Below are positions 23,571-35,197 of a stretch of DNA of 64,000 bases, piece after piece; positions within the stretch are counted from its first letter, which is position 1; each line of letters opens with the position of its first letter. The notes below the pieces were generated by a model. It did no database searches. It was not told the DNA's origin and worked only from the letters and a program-made list of their open reading frames with translations. Source of the stretch: Eledone cirrhosa (lineage: Eukaryota); NCBI GenBank assembly GCA_964016885.1, contig OZ024740.1, positions 365,614,001 to 365,678,000 of the forward strand, read 5' to 3'. The position numbers and the translations under genes are program-made.

Positions 23571-26500
23571 CTATATTTCTGATGCAATACACTCAGTATC
23601 CCCCGTGATATCATCACGCTGCTGGAGTGCATAAGAAACTGGCATATTAGCATGCAGAGAAGTGGATGCTCCATCAGTGGCTTCTTCAAATCCAGACCCT
23701 TCAATAATTAAGCTCTGTCCATCAGCAACTTGGAGACCTTCCCCTGAATCACTTTGTATGATCACAAATGTAACTTCCTCAGGCAGCAGTGAGGGATCAA
23801 ATTCTCCAACATACTGAACATACACATTGGACTCGGAACCAACGCTACTTACTGCCATCAATTCAGTGGCTCCAATGGAGGTAGGAGTGCTAGTGGGGGG
23901 ACTATTCACACTGTTTGAAGCTTTGCCTGAGCTAACAGGCTGAGTCGAGTCAGACGCAGATATTAATGAATTTGAAGCTGGACTGTCTTTACGATCATAT
24001 TGGATTTCTTCACACACGACGGTTGGAAGTTGAGTGTTTACCAATGTCTCTCCCACAAGAGGAAGGGTATTTGCATCAAGGAGAATTTCTTCTTGGACAA
24101 CTTCTTCAGAAGTCAGCTGCTGTTCCAAAGAGGTTGGTTCAGGGGTTTGCTTTGGACAAGTCTGAGAGGAGGGGGAAGAGGGAGGCGAAGAGGGAGGGGA
24201 AGAGGAAGGGCTGATGTCAATCACTTCGACACTATCACAAGTTCTTGTTTCACTTGATGAGACAGCTTGAACAACCTTAGCTTCCTTCAAGAAGCTAGAG
24301 TCAGTCTGTGTAGCGACTGATATTCTTGGATTAAGGGCTCGCTTAACACAGATAACTGAAGAAGGTATAACTCGAGACTGGAATGGATTTTTACAGGACA
24401 TTACATTTGATTCTTCTTTAAGAACAGTTGCCCGAGTCTCTAATCTTTTACTACAGAGACATGTCAGAGACTCAGGAATTAATGGCCCCTTTGCATTTAA
24501 AATGTTACTAGATGTGTTATTACAGTTATGATGGTGATGATGGTGGAGATGATGTTGATGTTTATTATTATTACTGCTATTATTACTGTTACTACCACTA
24601 CTACAATTACAAGACATTGACGGTTTGTCTTCGTTGTTGCCCAAACAGATTGAGCCTTTTAATTTCTGCCTTGACTGGCATAACTTCTCTGAACATGAGC
24701 ATCTAGTCTGTATATCACTAGATGAAGATTCAGAACAAGATCTATTTACTGCAACCTGGTTTTTATTGGAACCAGTGGTGCTACTGTCAGTATCCTCTAC
24801 AACTATTGTGAGTGCATTAGCAGCAGTGGAGCAGCAGTCGTTCTGTTCAGTACTGTTCTTTGTAGCAACACACAACGATGGTGTTGACGTTATATCAGAG
24901 ACCGTCTTTGTAATGGACTCAGAGTTCAAACCAATGTTTGAGTTGTTGAGTTCTTTACTACTAGTAGCAGTACTAGAAGGGGCAGTAGTGCTACTATTAG
25001 TAGTAGTTGATGATATTGATGTTGTATAGGTAGATGATGATGACAATGATGATGATGTGGAAGAGGTAAGGGTAGTGGGTACAAATGGATGATGATTGTG
25101 ATGATATTGATGCTGCTGTGTTGTAGAATTCTGCAAAGGAGGTTCTGTCCCACCACCGGGATTTAAAGATGAATTCAAAGAAGGGACACATATAGAAGGT
25201 TCTCCTGATGAGTCTGCTGACAAGGCAGCTGGACATGTGTTAGTGGTCAAGGCCACAGAATTAGTAGTTAAAGAAACAAAGTCTGACACTCGATGTTTGA
25301 GAGATAAGACATGTGCAGCTGCATGAGTCTTCTCATGAAGAACAGTATTTTCCTGAATTTTCAGGGAACAACCCTGAGCACAAGGACCACTGGGAGAAAT
25401 CCCTGAATTACTAATATTATCAGTATGAAGACAGCTCTTTGAATTGGACCTCACATCAGCAGAACTGGGCTCTAATAGCTGTTGATAGAATGGAAGTTGA
25501 GGTGGTTCAATACTAACACTAGAAACATCTAAAATGCAATTACAGTGTGTGGGTTTTTTGGAAAGAGAAACTTGATGGCTTTGGCTTTCATTTACACCCA
25601 GTACTAGACTTTTAGCCTCTCCAGGAACACATCTAGCATTATGGCAAGTCTGATTAATATTTTCTGCAGCATCAGTAGCAGGTTGACAGGAAACACAGGG
25701 ATCAGTGTCAGATCTCTTAGGAATTTGATTTAACAAAGCATTTCTACATGTATTTGAAACCTCTCTCTTGAATAAAGAACATTCTGGCAAATGAGTAATT
25801 TCTCCTTGCTGTGCCATGTTCACAGAGTTTTCAGTGAGTGAACTCAAAAAGTCAGTAAAATGGCGTTTAGATCTTTCTTTTGATGGAGATATCTGACAGT
25901 GTTGATCATTAGAGTTATCTCTTTCACTTAAAGAAGATTTTTCATTTCCAAATATGTCACTAAAATGGCGTTGTTTTGAAGAGTGGCTATTATCTAGTTT
26001 TTTGGATGGTGAATCAGAAATCTCGATATGAAGAGGTTGAGCAGAGCATAGTGAAAGACTAGCATCATTTAATGGTCTGTGTTCAACATTGACACTTTTA
26101 TCAACTAAATGTTCATGACTTGGAGAATCAGCAGCTGGTAAATGGGGAAACTGACACCTTTGATTGGGTAAGCATGTAGCAGGCCCTTCAGTTCTAGCAT
26201 TTTTATCAGTGATGTCAGAGAGAGGTAGTGAAGTGGAAGACTCTTTTTCAGTAGTTAAAACTGAAGATTTATTTTCAGACTGTAAATCAGACTTACATCT
26301 ATAGAAAGCACTGTTATTACTGGTAGTGAAGGATACTTCTGTTCCACATCTCTGGCTAGATACCAATAAAGACGAAGAGCTTAACATAGAAGAGTTTTCT
26401 TCTGCCTGGTTTGTTGAAGAATTAGACTTTGCAACAGTTTCATTTGAGACAAGTGGTAAATCCGGTAAGATGCTTGATGAAACAACAGACAAATCTGAAG

Positions 26501-29500
26501 ATTGAAGTTTGCATGTTATTTTTATGTTGTCATCAATGGAAGAACTATTAACTGTTTCTAGTGTAGTCTGTTGTGCATGTTTTTCAGTTGGATGTTGCTC
26601 TTCTTCAGAAACCACAAGCTTTTTAGTTTTATACTTTACATCATCACTGGAAGAATCTAAAATCGGTGGTTCACATGATTGTGCTTGGTTAGAAACTGTA
26701 TCAGATTCTTGCTGTGGTTTCTTTCTCAAATACACTGAATCTGATGTATGAAAAATAGGAGATTCTGCTTTAGGATTTTCATTGTCGGTAGAAGTATTAT
26801 CTTTATCTATGGTGAAAGAATTTTTATGATCACAGGTAACTGAGGATAAATTACTGGCTTTCATCAATAATATATGTGTTTCCTTAGGAAGCACAGAAGA
26901 TTGATTTTGACAATTACTATCTGTTTCATTTGCTTTATTGTAAACATGAGGTACAGATAAGTCTACAGAGGTATCCGCTGCAATTTCTGTATCATTTTTT
27001 TCATTACCTTTATTTTGGTGATTCTCAACTTCCAGGCAATTTCTATTGACTACAGAAGTTGTTGATTCAAGTACTGTTTTATAATTGTTATCAACAGCAG
27101 AAGGTACTTTACATTTAAATATCTCAAGAGCTGCTTTTTCCTCTGGAAGAGGACAATCTTTAAAAACATCACTGATTGATACAGTTTCAATAGATTCCAC
27201 TGAAGAATCAGACATTTCTGTCTTGGTATCAAATGGAGGAAGATCAGCAGATGTTTGACCTATAAAGGACTTGGTTTTCCCCAATTTACATCTTGTTGGT
27301 GTCTCTGACATTATTTCAGATGAGCAGGTGGGTTTACAAGAGCTATTAATTAAACCCAACTTGTAGAAAAAGAGATCTTTAACAGAAAGTTCAGACATCA
27401 ATACATTCACAAAAGGTAGAATACGTTTTTGCTCATCAATAAAAGAAGATTTTCTTCGTTTGCGCCTGGAAAAGCGACGTGGCCTTTTTGGTGTAACTGG
27501 ACGCGCTACTTCTGGTCGTGTTATAGGAACAATAGGAACCATAAGTTTTGGACGTTTAGTTGGTTTCACTATTTTCTTCTTCACAGGTTTCTTTTCAATC
27601 TTAGCACATGGTCGTTTTGGACGTAAAATTTTCTGACAGAGACTGCGAGTATGCTTCACTTTACAAGGTACACGAGAGTGTTTCTGCAGTGCTTGGGCAG
27701 TCTTATATGTATTGCTGCAAGCTTTACATTTATATAATTTTTGTGACTTATGATGTTTCATTCCACCTTCAAATTTTCCACTAAAACTTTTCTTTTCTTT
27801 ACTTTGAGATGGCTCCTCATCCTGCTGATACTCTGACTCCTCTTCCTGCTGATACTCCGATTCCTCTTCTCGCTGATACTCCGACTCCTCATCTCCAAGT
27901 ATTTCATCAATTATCTCTTTCATCTGATGCTGTTCCATTTTATCTTCTTCCACCTGATCTTCTAGTTGCTCAGTTAGCTGATACTCTTTCTCCTGATATC
28001 CTTCTTCTTGATACTCTTCCTCCTCCTCTTCCTCCGCCTGATACTCTATGGCTTTATTCTCTTCTACCTGAGGCTCTTCCACATTAACATCTACCTGTTG
28101 ATTTTCCATCTGATGTGTTATTACTTTCTGTTCATTCACCTCAGTCATCTTCTCTTTATTAATTTCATCTGAGGTGGAGTCCAGTGGTGTTTCTTGGGAC
28201 ATACTGGGAATTACCTGCAACTCTTCCGTTGGTATTTCAAAGTTGATCAATTCAGAAGCTGGTGTTTCTTCTATTAATGGTTCTATGACAACAGATGTCA
28301 GTGCTTTATCATGACTGGCATTATCAATAGGTTGCTCAATTTCGGCAGCAACAACACCAGCAGGAGATGATGAGCAGTCCTTTTCCTGAGTCACCTCTTC
28401 AACAGTTTGAATGATACATTCTTCAGAACTTTCTTTTTCATCAATAGCAGGTTCTTCAAACAGAACATCAGAGTGCACTTGTAATGGAAGAAGATCTCCT
28501 TCAAAAATATATGATGGCAGTTTGTTCTCATCTTTCATCACTGCTGAATCTTGTGATGATAAAATTGTTTCAGGTGGAGCAGTTGCAACTGGTGGCTTTG
28601 TGCTGGTGGTTTCATCTAGTAATACCTCTGCAGGCATCCCGTTCTTTATGTCAAGCAGAGGGTCAGGAAGTGTCACCGAGCATGCATTGACGGGCATGAA
28701 CAAGTCCAAACAAAGGTCATCTTGCAGGGCAGGCGATAGATTTGACCTGTTCAGGTCCTTCCGAACGGTACACTTGCTGTTACTATTGCTTGTTTTGTGT
28801 GGGGACACAGCTGACAGGTTGAGGGTTTTTACATTCTTTGGAGACAGCTTCACTTGGTTTTTCACTTTTACAGATGTGAAAAGATCCTTTAGACGGGCTT
28901 CAGCAACTGCCCCAGTGGCAATTTCTTCATCAGGTGGCCCTCCAATTTCTTCAGGAGCATTTTCACATAACTCGGTGATGACATCATTCGGAAGATTGTC
29001 AGTTACTGAACTTTTTGAATTATCAGAATGAAACTCATCAATCTCTCCAGAGGTTACAGTTTCAATGGTAGGTTGTTTAAGAAGTAGGTCTTCTAAATCT
29101 TTCATAACTTTGGCAATTTTCACCATTGGTGATTCAACATCTTCTGGGACATCTTTAGGTGTGTCAGTAACGGATGGCAGTGGTGGTACTAGTGAGATCT
29201 GTTGATCCCCTTTGGGGGAACTAGGGACATTGATCTTATGATTCGTTCGTTCTTCAATTTCTTTTGTTATAACACGTTTCCGCTTGCGAATGTTATTCTC
29301 TTTGTTTTCTTTACATTTATAACACTGTTTAATTAAATCGTCAACTTTGGAAATATTAGGTGGAACCATTTCAACAGCAGTAATCTCAACAGTCTGTTCG
29401 ATAGTGTTAAGATTGCTAGTATTATCAAATGTGTCTGGAATGATCAGTTCCTCGTTTCCACAAGAACCATATTGAAAGGCATTCTCTTTAAAATTTGATG

Positions 29501-30059
29501 GTTGAGGTTCAATATTTTCTGGATTTATACCTTCACACTGAGGAGATTTAGATTCTAATGAGAATACAGTTTGGTGGCCATCTTTGATGTAAATAATTTC
29601 AGATGTAGTATCAGGAATTTGAATGGGTGCGCTGTCATTATGCCGTGTTGTGTACTTGTGTTTGGAAACTCCCAGAGATGGGCGTTTCCGGCATGGTGTT
29701 CGCACATGTATACGCATCTCTTCTATTGACATAAAAGCTTTCTTGCATATTCTACACCGTAAGTCTGCACCTGGAGATTTACCTGTGCCAACACCACGGC
29801 TAACCACTTTTGATTTGTTCTCCTCACGGTGGCAGTGTGATAAATTGTCAGCATTGACAAATACTTGCATTGTGCGTCCATCTCTGTCTTTCTTAACATT
29901 GCGAGATGATGAATTAAGACAAGTCTTGCTGTGCCGCCACCTAGTGATTGGATCTTCAAATATCTGCATACAATGACGACACCAGAATAGTCTAGCAGCA
30001 GGAATACTCAGCCGATGACACGGGTGATTTGAAGAACTCTCCATCACATAACTTGGCAC
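23571..30059 (-). CDS. Terminal 6.5 kb coding exon of a large zinc-finger / low-complexity nuclear protein (~2178 aa with the upstream exon)
   Basis: Uninterrupted 2162-codon ORF preceded by a splice acceptor (tttgttatcatag|GTG, phase 0). Zinc-finger-like motifs CRHC..HSKTC, CRIC..HVRTPC and CKAC..HSRVPC; basic stretch PKRPRRFSRRKRRK; acidic, Ser/Thr, His and Asn-rich tracts. Confidence 0.95.
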   Translation of the reverse strand: MPSYVMESSSNHPCHRLSIPAARLFWCRHCMQIFEDPITRWRHSKTCLNSSSRNVKKDRDGRTMQVFVNADNLSHCHREENKSKVVSRGVGTGKSPGADLRCRICKKAFMSIEEMRIHVRTPCRKRPSLGVSKHKYTTRHNDSAPIQIPDTTSEIIYIKDGHQTVFSLESKSPQCEGINPENIEPQPSNFKENAFQYGSCGNEELIIPDTFDNTSNLNTIEQTVEITAVEMVPPNISKVDDLIKQCYKCKENKENNIRKRKRVITKEIEERTNHKINVPSSPKGDQQISLVPPLPSVTDTPKDVPEDVESPMVKIAKVMKDLEDLLLKQPTIETVTSGEIDEFHSDNSKSSVTDNLPNDVITELCENAPEEIGGPPDEEIATGAVAEARLKDLFTSVKVKNQVKLSPKNVKTLNLSAVSPHKTSNSNSKCTVRKDLNRSNLSPALQDDLCLDLFMPVNACSVTLPDPLLDIKNGMPAEVLLDETTSTKPPVATAPPETILSSQDSAVMKDENKLPSYIFEGDLLPLQVHSDVLFEEPAIDEKESSEECIIQTVEEVTQEKDCSSSPAGVVAAEIEQPIDNASHDKALTSVVIEPLIEETPASELINFEIPTEELQVIPSMSQETPLDSTSDEINKEKMTEVNEQKVITHQMENQQVDVNVEEPQVEENKAIEYQAEEEEEEEYQEEGYQEKEYQLTEQLEDQVEEDKMEQHQMKEIIDEILGDEESEYQREEESEYQQEEESEYQQDEEPSQSKEKKSFSGKFEGGMKHHKSQKLYKCKACSNTYKTAQALQKHSRVPCKVKHTRSLCQKILRPKRPCAKIEKKPVKKKIVKPTKRPKLMVPIVPITRPEVARPVTPKRPRRFSRRKRRKSSFIDEQKRILPFVNVLMSELSVKDLFFYKLGLINSSCKPTCSSEIMSETPTRCKLGKTKSFIGQTSADLPPFDTKTEMSDSSVESIETVSISDVFKDCPLPEEKAALEIFKCKVPSAVDNNYKTVLESTTSVVNRNCLEVENHQNKGNEKNDTEIAADTSVDLSVPHVYNKANETDSNCQNQSSVLPKETHILLMKASNLSSVTCDHKNSFTIDKDNTSTDNENPKAESPIFHTSDSVYLRKKPQQESDTVSNQAQSCEPPILDSSSDDVKYKTKKLVVSEEEQHPTEKHAQQTTLETVNSSSIDDNIKITCKLQSSDLSVVSSSILPDLPLVSNETVAKSNSSTNQAEENSSMLSSSSLLVSSQRCGTEVSFTTSNNSAFYRCKSDLQSENKSSVLTTEKESSTSLPLSDITDKNARTEGPATCLPNQRCQFPHLPAADSPSHEHLVDKSVNVEHRPLNDASLSLCSAQPLHIEISDSPSKKLDNSHSSKQRHFSDIFGNEKSSLSERDNSNDQHCQISPSKERSKRHFTDFLSSLTENSVNMAQQGEITHLPECSLFKREVSNTCRNALLNQIPKRSDTDPCVSCQPATDAAENINQTCHNARCVPGEAKSLVLGVNESQSHQVSLSKKPTHCNCILDVSSVSIEPPQLPFYQQLLEPSSADVRSNSKSCLHTDNISNSGISPSGPCAQGCSLKIQENTVLHEKTHAAAHVLSLKHRVSDFVSLTTNSVALTTNTCPAALSADSSGEPSICVPSLNSSLNPGGGTEPPLQNSTTQQHQYHHNHHPFVPTTLTSSTSSSLSSSSTYTTSISSTTTNSSTTAPSSTATSSKELNNSNIGLNSESITKTVSDITSTPSLCVATKNSTEQNDCCSTAANALTIVVEDTDSSTTGSNKNQVAVNRSCSESSSSDIQTRCSCSEKLCQSRQKLKGSICLGNNEDKPSMSCNCSSGSNSNNSSNNNKHQHHLHHHHHHNCNNTSSNILNAKGPLIPESLTCLCSKRLETRATVLKEESNVMSCKNPFQSRVIPSSVICVKRALNPRISVATQTDSSFLKEAKVVQAVSSSETRTCDSVEVIDISPSSSPPSSPPSSPSSQTCPKQTPEPTSLEQQLTSEEVVQEEILLDANTLPLVGETLVNTQLPTVVCEEIQYDRKDSPASNSLISASDSTQPVSSGKASNSVNSPPTSTPTSIGATELMAVSSVGSESNVYVQYVGEFDPSLLPEEVTFVIIQSDSGEGLQVADGQSLIIEGSGFEEATDGASTSLHANMPVSYALQQRDDITGDTECIASEI
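27813..27892 (-). repeat. In-frame 24-bp tandem repeat encoding (EEESEYQQ)x3
   Basis: Protein DEESEYQR EEESEYQQ EEESEYQQ DEE; DNA unit tgatactccgactcctcttcctgc. Confidence 0.85.
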
Positions 30060-30951
30060 CTATGATAACAAAAATACAAAACAAAATGTTAAACAATAAA
30101 AAGATGGAGGAATTATGAAATTAGCATAGGTCTATTTACTACATAATGGACCCTACACTTGAAAACATGATCATCAATATTTCATTCATATTTTCCTATA
30201 CATAGGCTAGACAGGTCTGCAATACAGCTGATCTTCAGTTATCTCAACCAAGTCTCATCCCATCTGGAAAGTTAAACCCATGTTATCTCACCTGTTTTCA
30301 CGTCTGATCTGACAATTCTGCAGTCTGTTTCAGGTATAGATAATTTCTGCCAGCTCACATTACTTTTCACCCAGCAGGCATCAACCATTCACACTATTTG
30401 TTTATTGAAGAGCAGTTGCCTTTCTTGCACACACTGGCCATGTCTTTTGCCATTCAATATAGTACCAGTCGAGTACTGGAATAAATCCCCCCCCCCCAAA
30501 TCAGCTGTGCGGCACAGTAAGACAGCTAAAGGAACCACTCACAGTATCCTTTCTTCCAAGACAACCACTTCCACTCTTTTGCAGTGGAAGAAGTGGTCAT
30601 ATGCTATGGCAGAGCATGATACATGATGATGAGTAATTCAGAATTACATCATCCTCATATTACGCCTGTTTTTCCATGTTTGCATGGATTGCACAGGTCT
30701 ATTCCAGCACAGCATCCCTCCACTTGTGGTCATTCGTCATTTCTTCTCTGAGCTTCAACAATTTGTGATCAGCTCTCACAACTTCTGCCCTTTTTTCTCA
30801 TAACCAAGCCAAATTATATTAACTTAACTCAAGTTATTGGCAATGTGGACTACTGCAATGTGTGTGTATGTTTTATTTTGTTCTAAGTAATTTCATTTAG
30901 TTAAAAAGTTATTTTTATAAAAATACAAAAATGAAATTCTTCAACACTTAC

Positions 30952-30999
30952 AGCAAGTTTAGACTCTGAAAATGGAGTTTCCATTTCCATTTGAGTCAT
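30952..30999 (-). CDS. First coding exon part of the zinc-finger gene (MTQMEMETPFSESKLA); whole exon probably 30952-31138
   Basis: ATG at 30999, 16 codons, donor GCT|gtaagt in phase 0 matching the acceptor at 30059; upstream acceptor tttcttttcttattcag|G at 31138. Confidence 0.75.
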
Positions 31000-31020
31000 A
31001 GCTGAAATTATACTAGTTGT

Positions 31021-31119
31021 TCACAGCAAACAGATAGGCACCAAAGGCAGAGATATGAAGTAGTCTCTAGAGACCTTGTCAATATTACAGTTCACATGAC
31101 GGCAGGAATCAGCTGGCAT
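31021..31119 (-). promoter_or_regulatory. Upstream ORF (32 aa, MPADSCRHVNCNIDKVSRDYFISLPLVPICLL*) with a nested ATG-TGA start-stop at 31092-31097
   Basis: Read directly in the predicted 5' UTR portion of exon 30952-31138; stops 21 nt before the main ATG. Confidence 0.55.
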
Positions 31120-34100
31120 GGATCAGCTTGGAGTATACCTGAATAAGAAAAGAAATCTGAATGAATTGAAGAATTCTACAAGCTAAGTATGTTAATGCAG
31201 AACTATTAAAGTTTTAATACATGAACATGCAATTAATCTCAGATTAAATTTTAAATATTTACAATGCGGTTGACCTAAGAGGCACTGCGGAAATTTGAAA
31301 TACGTACGTTCCAACGCAAATAACCACAATAATAGTCAAGAATATCAGGTAAAGTACCCCTGGAGACAGAAAAAAAGGACAGACGTGCCTGTGAAGAACT
31401 GAACCTGCATCTAAAAAGATGTAATTAGTGGCCAGTGGCTCTTAGCTTAGTGGTTTTAAAGTACTTCTTTGGTATTTGAAATATGCAGAGTTTGATTTCC
31501 GTGTTTGTGTTTATGTCCCATAACTAAGCAATTTGACAGAAAAAAGATCAATAAAATGAGTATCAGGCCAAAGTCTACTGACTGAAAGAAGTAAAACAAT
31601 AAAAAAAACATCAATATCAATTAGTAGACTGATAACCTGTCCAAGTTATCTCCCATGATTAGCAGCGTCAGTGGAGATAAACTCCATTCACTTATGGCAT
31701 AGTTCAGTTTAAAGAGTAATTGTTGCTGTTTAACTCCAGTTCAACCCAAAACGACTGAACCTATCCGAAAAGTGTTTCAGCAATGGCAATTCTATTTGTT
31801 TGCGCATGTTATAGCAGCAAAAATTAAAACCTGAAGAAAGAAACAAGCTCAAATTACATTTCCTATTTTCTTATAGGTATTTGATTTCACAAGTGCAGTT
31901 GAAATATTTTTAAAATGTAGTATGTAATATATAAGAAGAAATATAAAAACATGTTTAATAAGCCAGTAAATATATATATTTATTTATTATAGATACACAC
32001 ACACACACATATTATACAAACACACACACATATATATATAGATATACATACACATATACATTATACACACACACACACATATCATCATCATCATCATCAT
32101 CAACGTTTAACGTCCGTGTTCCACGCTTGCATGGGTTTGGACGGGGGTAGTCCCACTTGAGGCAAGAGTGATTGTCTTGCTCGCATAGGACTATATATAT
32201 ATTAATCATTACGCCATATACACATACATACACAGAGTAGACTAATATACACGAATCTAGGCCGTACAATTTTTGTTCAACCAAGCAAGATATTTAATCA
32301 TAGAGTGCATATCAACATTGATATAGAACATTGGTGCTATGATTTTATGTTTATATGAATTCAACAAATGGAAAGAATGGACCTCAGAAAGAAAATGTGG
32401 AATATTTACAAGTTATCTAGCAAGACATCGAGATGTTTCATGACTATTCATTGAATTGATGACTCCTATATATTGTTAGTCACAGAATAAAAAGCAATTA
32501 TTGACAACATGAGTGGGTGAACAAGGAATGAACAAAGGAACGAATTGGCTACTTTGTATATTGGAGATAATAATTGTCATAGAAAGCTAGTGAAAAATAC
32601 CTTCATAGAAAAAGTGAAACTTGTAAAACAATAATAATGAGGCTTAACCCTTTCATTATCATAATTCTAATGAAAGGCACTGCATATGGTTTTCAAATAA
32701 TTTTGAAAATAAGCAAGTATTTTGAAAAATTTAGTAATATAATTAACCTTCTTATTAAGCTGATGTATGGAACAAAAGTTCTTAATATGAAATTATGATA
32801 TATATGTGGAATATTTGAGGCCTAGTCATCTCATTTGTTTGTGTATGTGTGTGCACGCATGCATAATCAGACACAGCATTTCCCTTTGAAATCTAACAGG
32901 TTGCAATCTATGAAGTTGGGCAACAGGATTTAAGGATCATAGGACAAACAGTCTTTTAACCATTTTCATTCTCAGTTGCTATTTACACCTTTTAAGTTGT
33001 AGCACTTGTATTATTTTTATTATTCCTTGTGCTATTAAGTTTATCTTTGTTTCCAGCAAAGAATGTTGTCTTGTTTAGCTGCAGCTCATTTCACACTCAT
33101 TCTATGAGAGCTTTGATAACTGTTACTGCTTCTCGTATTTGATTGGCACATTATTTTTTATCAGGTTTCTTGAGATTACATAACTGATGTTACTTTCAGT
33201 ATTATACTTAATTTTTTTTACAAATCATTATAAATTAAAGTGATCTTATTTGATAGAGCAAAATATTTTGCTAACAAAATGTCACTGACTGAAGCCCTTG
33301 CAACATGTTTAGTGCTTCAAATCCTTACAAGTTTAACAGAAATAAATTATACGCATACACATGTATATCAAGCATAAAAAAAAAGGAAATACAACTCTAA
33401 AAGACAATGGGAAATTTGCTGCGGTAATACAAATGAACTATTTGGTATCGTCATTTAACATGTTTTCCTTGCTAGCAGGGGTTGGTATGGCTTTATATAT
33501 TGAAAAAAGAATATAAGAAGTTACCACAATGCATTAACAAAATAAAAGAAATTTGCAATTCATCAACGTTTTGAAAAAAAAAAAAAAAGAAAGAGGAAAT
33601 ATTAAATAGCAAAAATAAAGGAAAGATAGGAGAGAGTGACAGACTAAACCCCAGTCAAGGTGGTTTATCTCCTGGACAAAATGGCAGAGGTATTGCTGGA
33701 GAGAACAACCCACAACAGACACTGCATCAGCCATACTTCATCACGGAACTCATTTCTCAGGTAGAATGTACTATCAATTTTATGGAAGAAAACAGCAGTG
33801 GTCTTGATGGCAATCAGCACAAAAAGGAAGCGGTAAGTCCCAGTATTTAACTCTTTTCCTCTCCTCTACATTATGGGCAGCAGTGCATCCTGGCTGATGA
33901 AAGAGCCTTGAGAGGTGGAGTGGCTGCTCCCCATGGCAATGCCTTCCCCATTTTATCTGCAGGCCACAGTTGAGATATATTGCCTAGACTGAAGTGTAGT
34001 CTATTGCTCCCTCCCGCTTTCCCTTACTTTCAGTATTTGATTTTTTTTATTGCAAGCATTATATAACCCAACTGAAATTTGTTGAATTAAGTTTACTATA

Positions 34101-34230
34101 AATAACTGAAGCACTTCATTAATTGACAGTGCTGAGTTCAAATTCTACCCCCTTGGATAATAAAGTGATGTTCTGTCAAATAAGGGAGATATCACAGAAT
34201 GAGTTAAAGTCTTAAAAATAGTGATGTATT

Positions 34231-34433
34231 TTAACCTTTTAACATTTAAACCGGCCGTATATGGCCATAACCGGCTTCTTTCTGGCCATAACTGGCTTCT
34301 CATCGAACTTTAAGGTATTGTTCTCAAAATAAATGATATCAAAATCTCATAGATTTGATATAATGTGAGATAAAGCCTTTACAGCGAAAATAGAATAGTA
34401 AATATAGAGTAATGTGAATGCTAAAGGGTTTAA
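34231..34433. mobile_element. TTAA-flanked MITE, second copy
   Basis: TTAACCTTTTAACATT...AATGCTAAAGGGTTTAA; internal similarity to 20888-21098. Confidence 0.65.
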
Positions 34434-34772
34434 AAAATGACTGAGTCAACAAAAAGCCTCTGTTCTGTTACTTGATCTACTAGAAATAGCAATTTAAATC
34501 TCCATCTTAAAAAAGGAGAGACATTAGATAATGTAGTTACTGATACATTATGCTTGAATGATGGTCATGACTGGAACATCTTTAATCAGGTTTGACAAGA
34601 GCTAAACACCAATATACAATGGTGCTTGGTAAAGGTTTCACAGCTTACCAAGTTCCCACATTTGAGATATTACATCACTCATATAGAGCATGTTTTAAAT
34701 AAGTTCATCAGTCAACTTTATTGTCTACAACATAATAGATTTTATACTTCAGTGACTTAAGGTTATAATAAT

Positions 34773-34959
34773 TGTTTCTACTTTTGACACAAGGCCAGCA
34801 ATTACCCCAGTGTATTACTGGTACTTTATTTTATCGACCCCGCAAGGATGAAAGGCAAAGTTAACCTCAGCGAGATTTGAACTCAGAATGGAAAGGGCTG
34901 TAACTCTTTGCGTCAAAGCATGGCGTCCGACCCTCTACCGATACTGCCAATCCACCGCC
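34773..34959 (-). mobile_element. Full-length SINE family A with target-site duplication
   Basis: Flanked by ttaaggttataataat (34757-34772) and ttcaggttataataat (34960-34975). Confidence 0.9.
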
Positions 34960-35197
34960 TTCAGGTTATAATAATAATAAATGGAAACATTGAATTTTTA
35001 GGCAATCTAATATATTTCAGACAAATGAACAAGCTTAGAATGTTTAACACAAATTGTTTTAGCTGACTTAATAATTAATTAACAGTATGCAACTAAATCA
35101 GTTGATAAAAAATAAGTGGAAAAGAAATCTGTGATATAACTTGTAATTGTAACATGATAACACCAATTTACAATGCATAAAATGACTGCATAATTTT

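Noticed and set aside
23966-29976. Plus-strand ORFs up to 206 aa inside the large exon
   Set aside because: Antisense shadows of the 2162-codon ORF with no independent motifs.
30060-30951. Possibility that the gene near U11 has a U12-type intron
   Set aside because: The donor is GTAAGT, not RTATCCTT; this is an ordinary U2-type intron.
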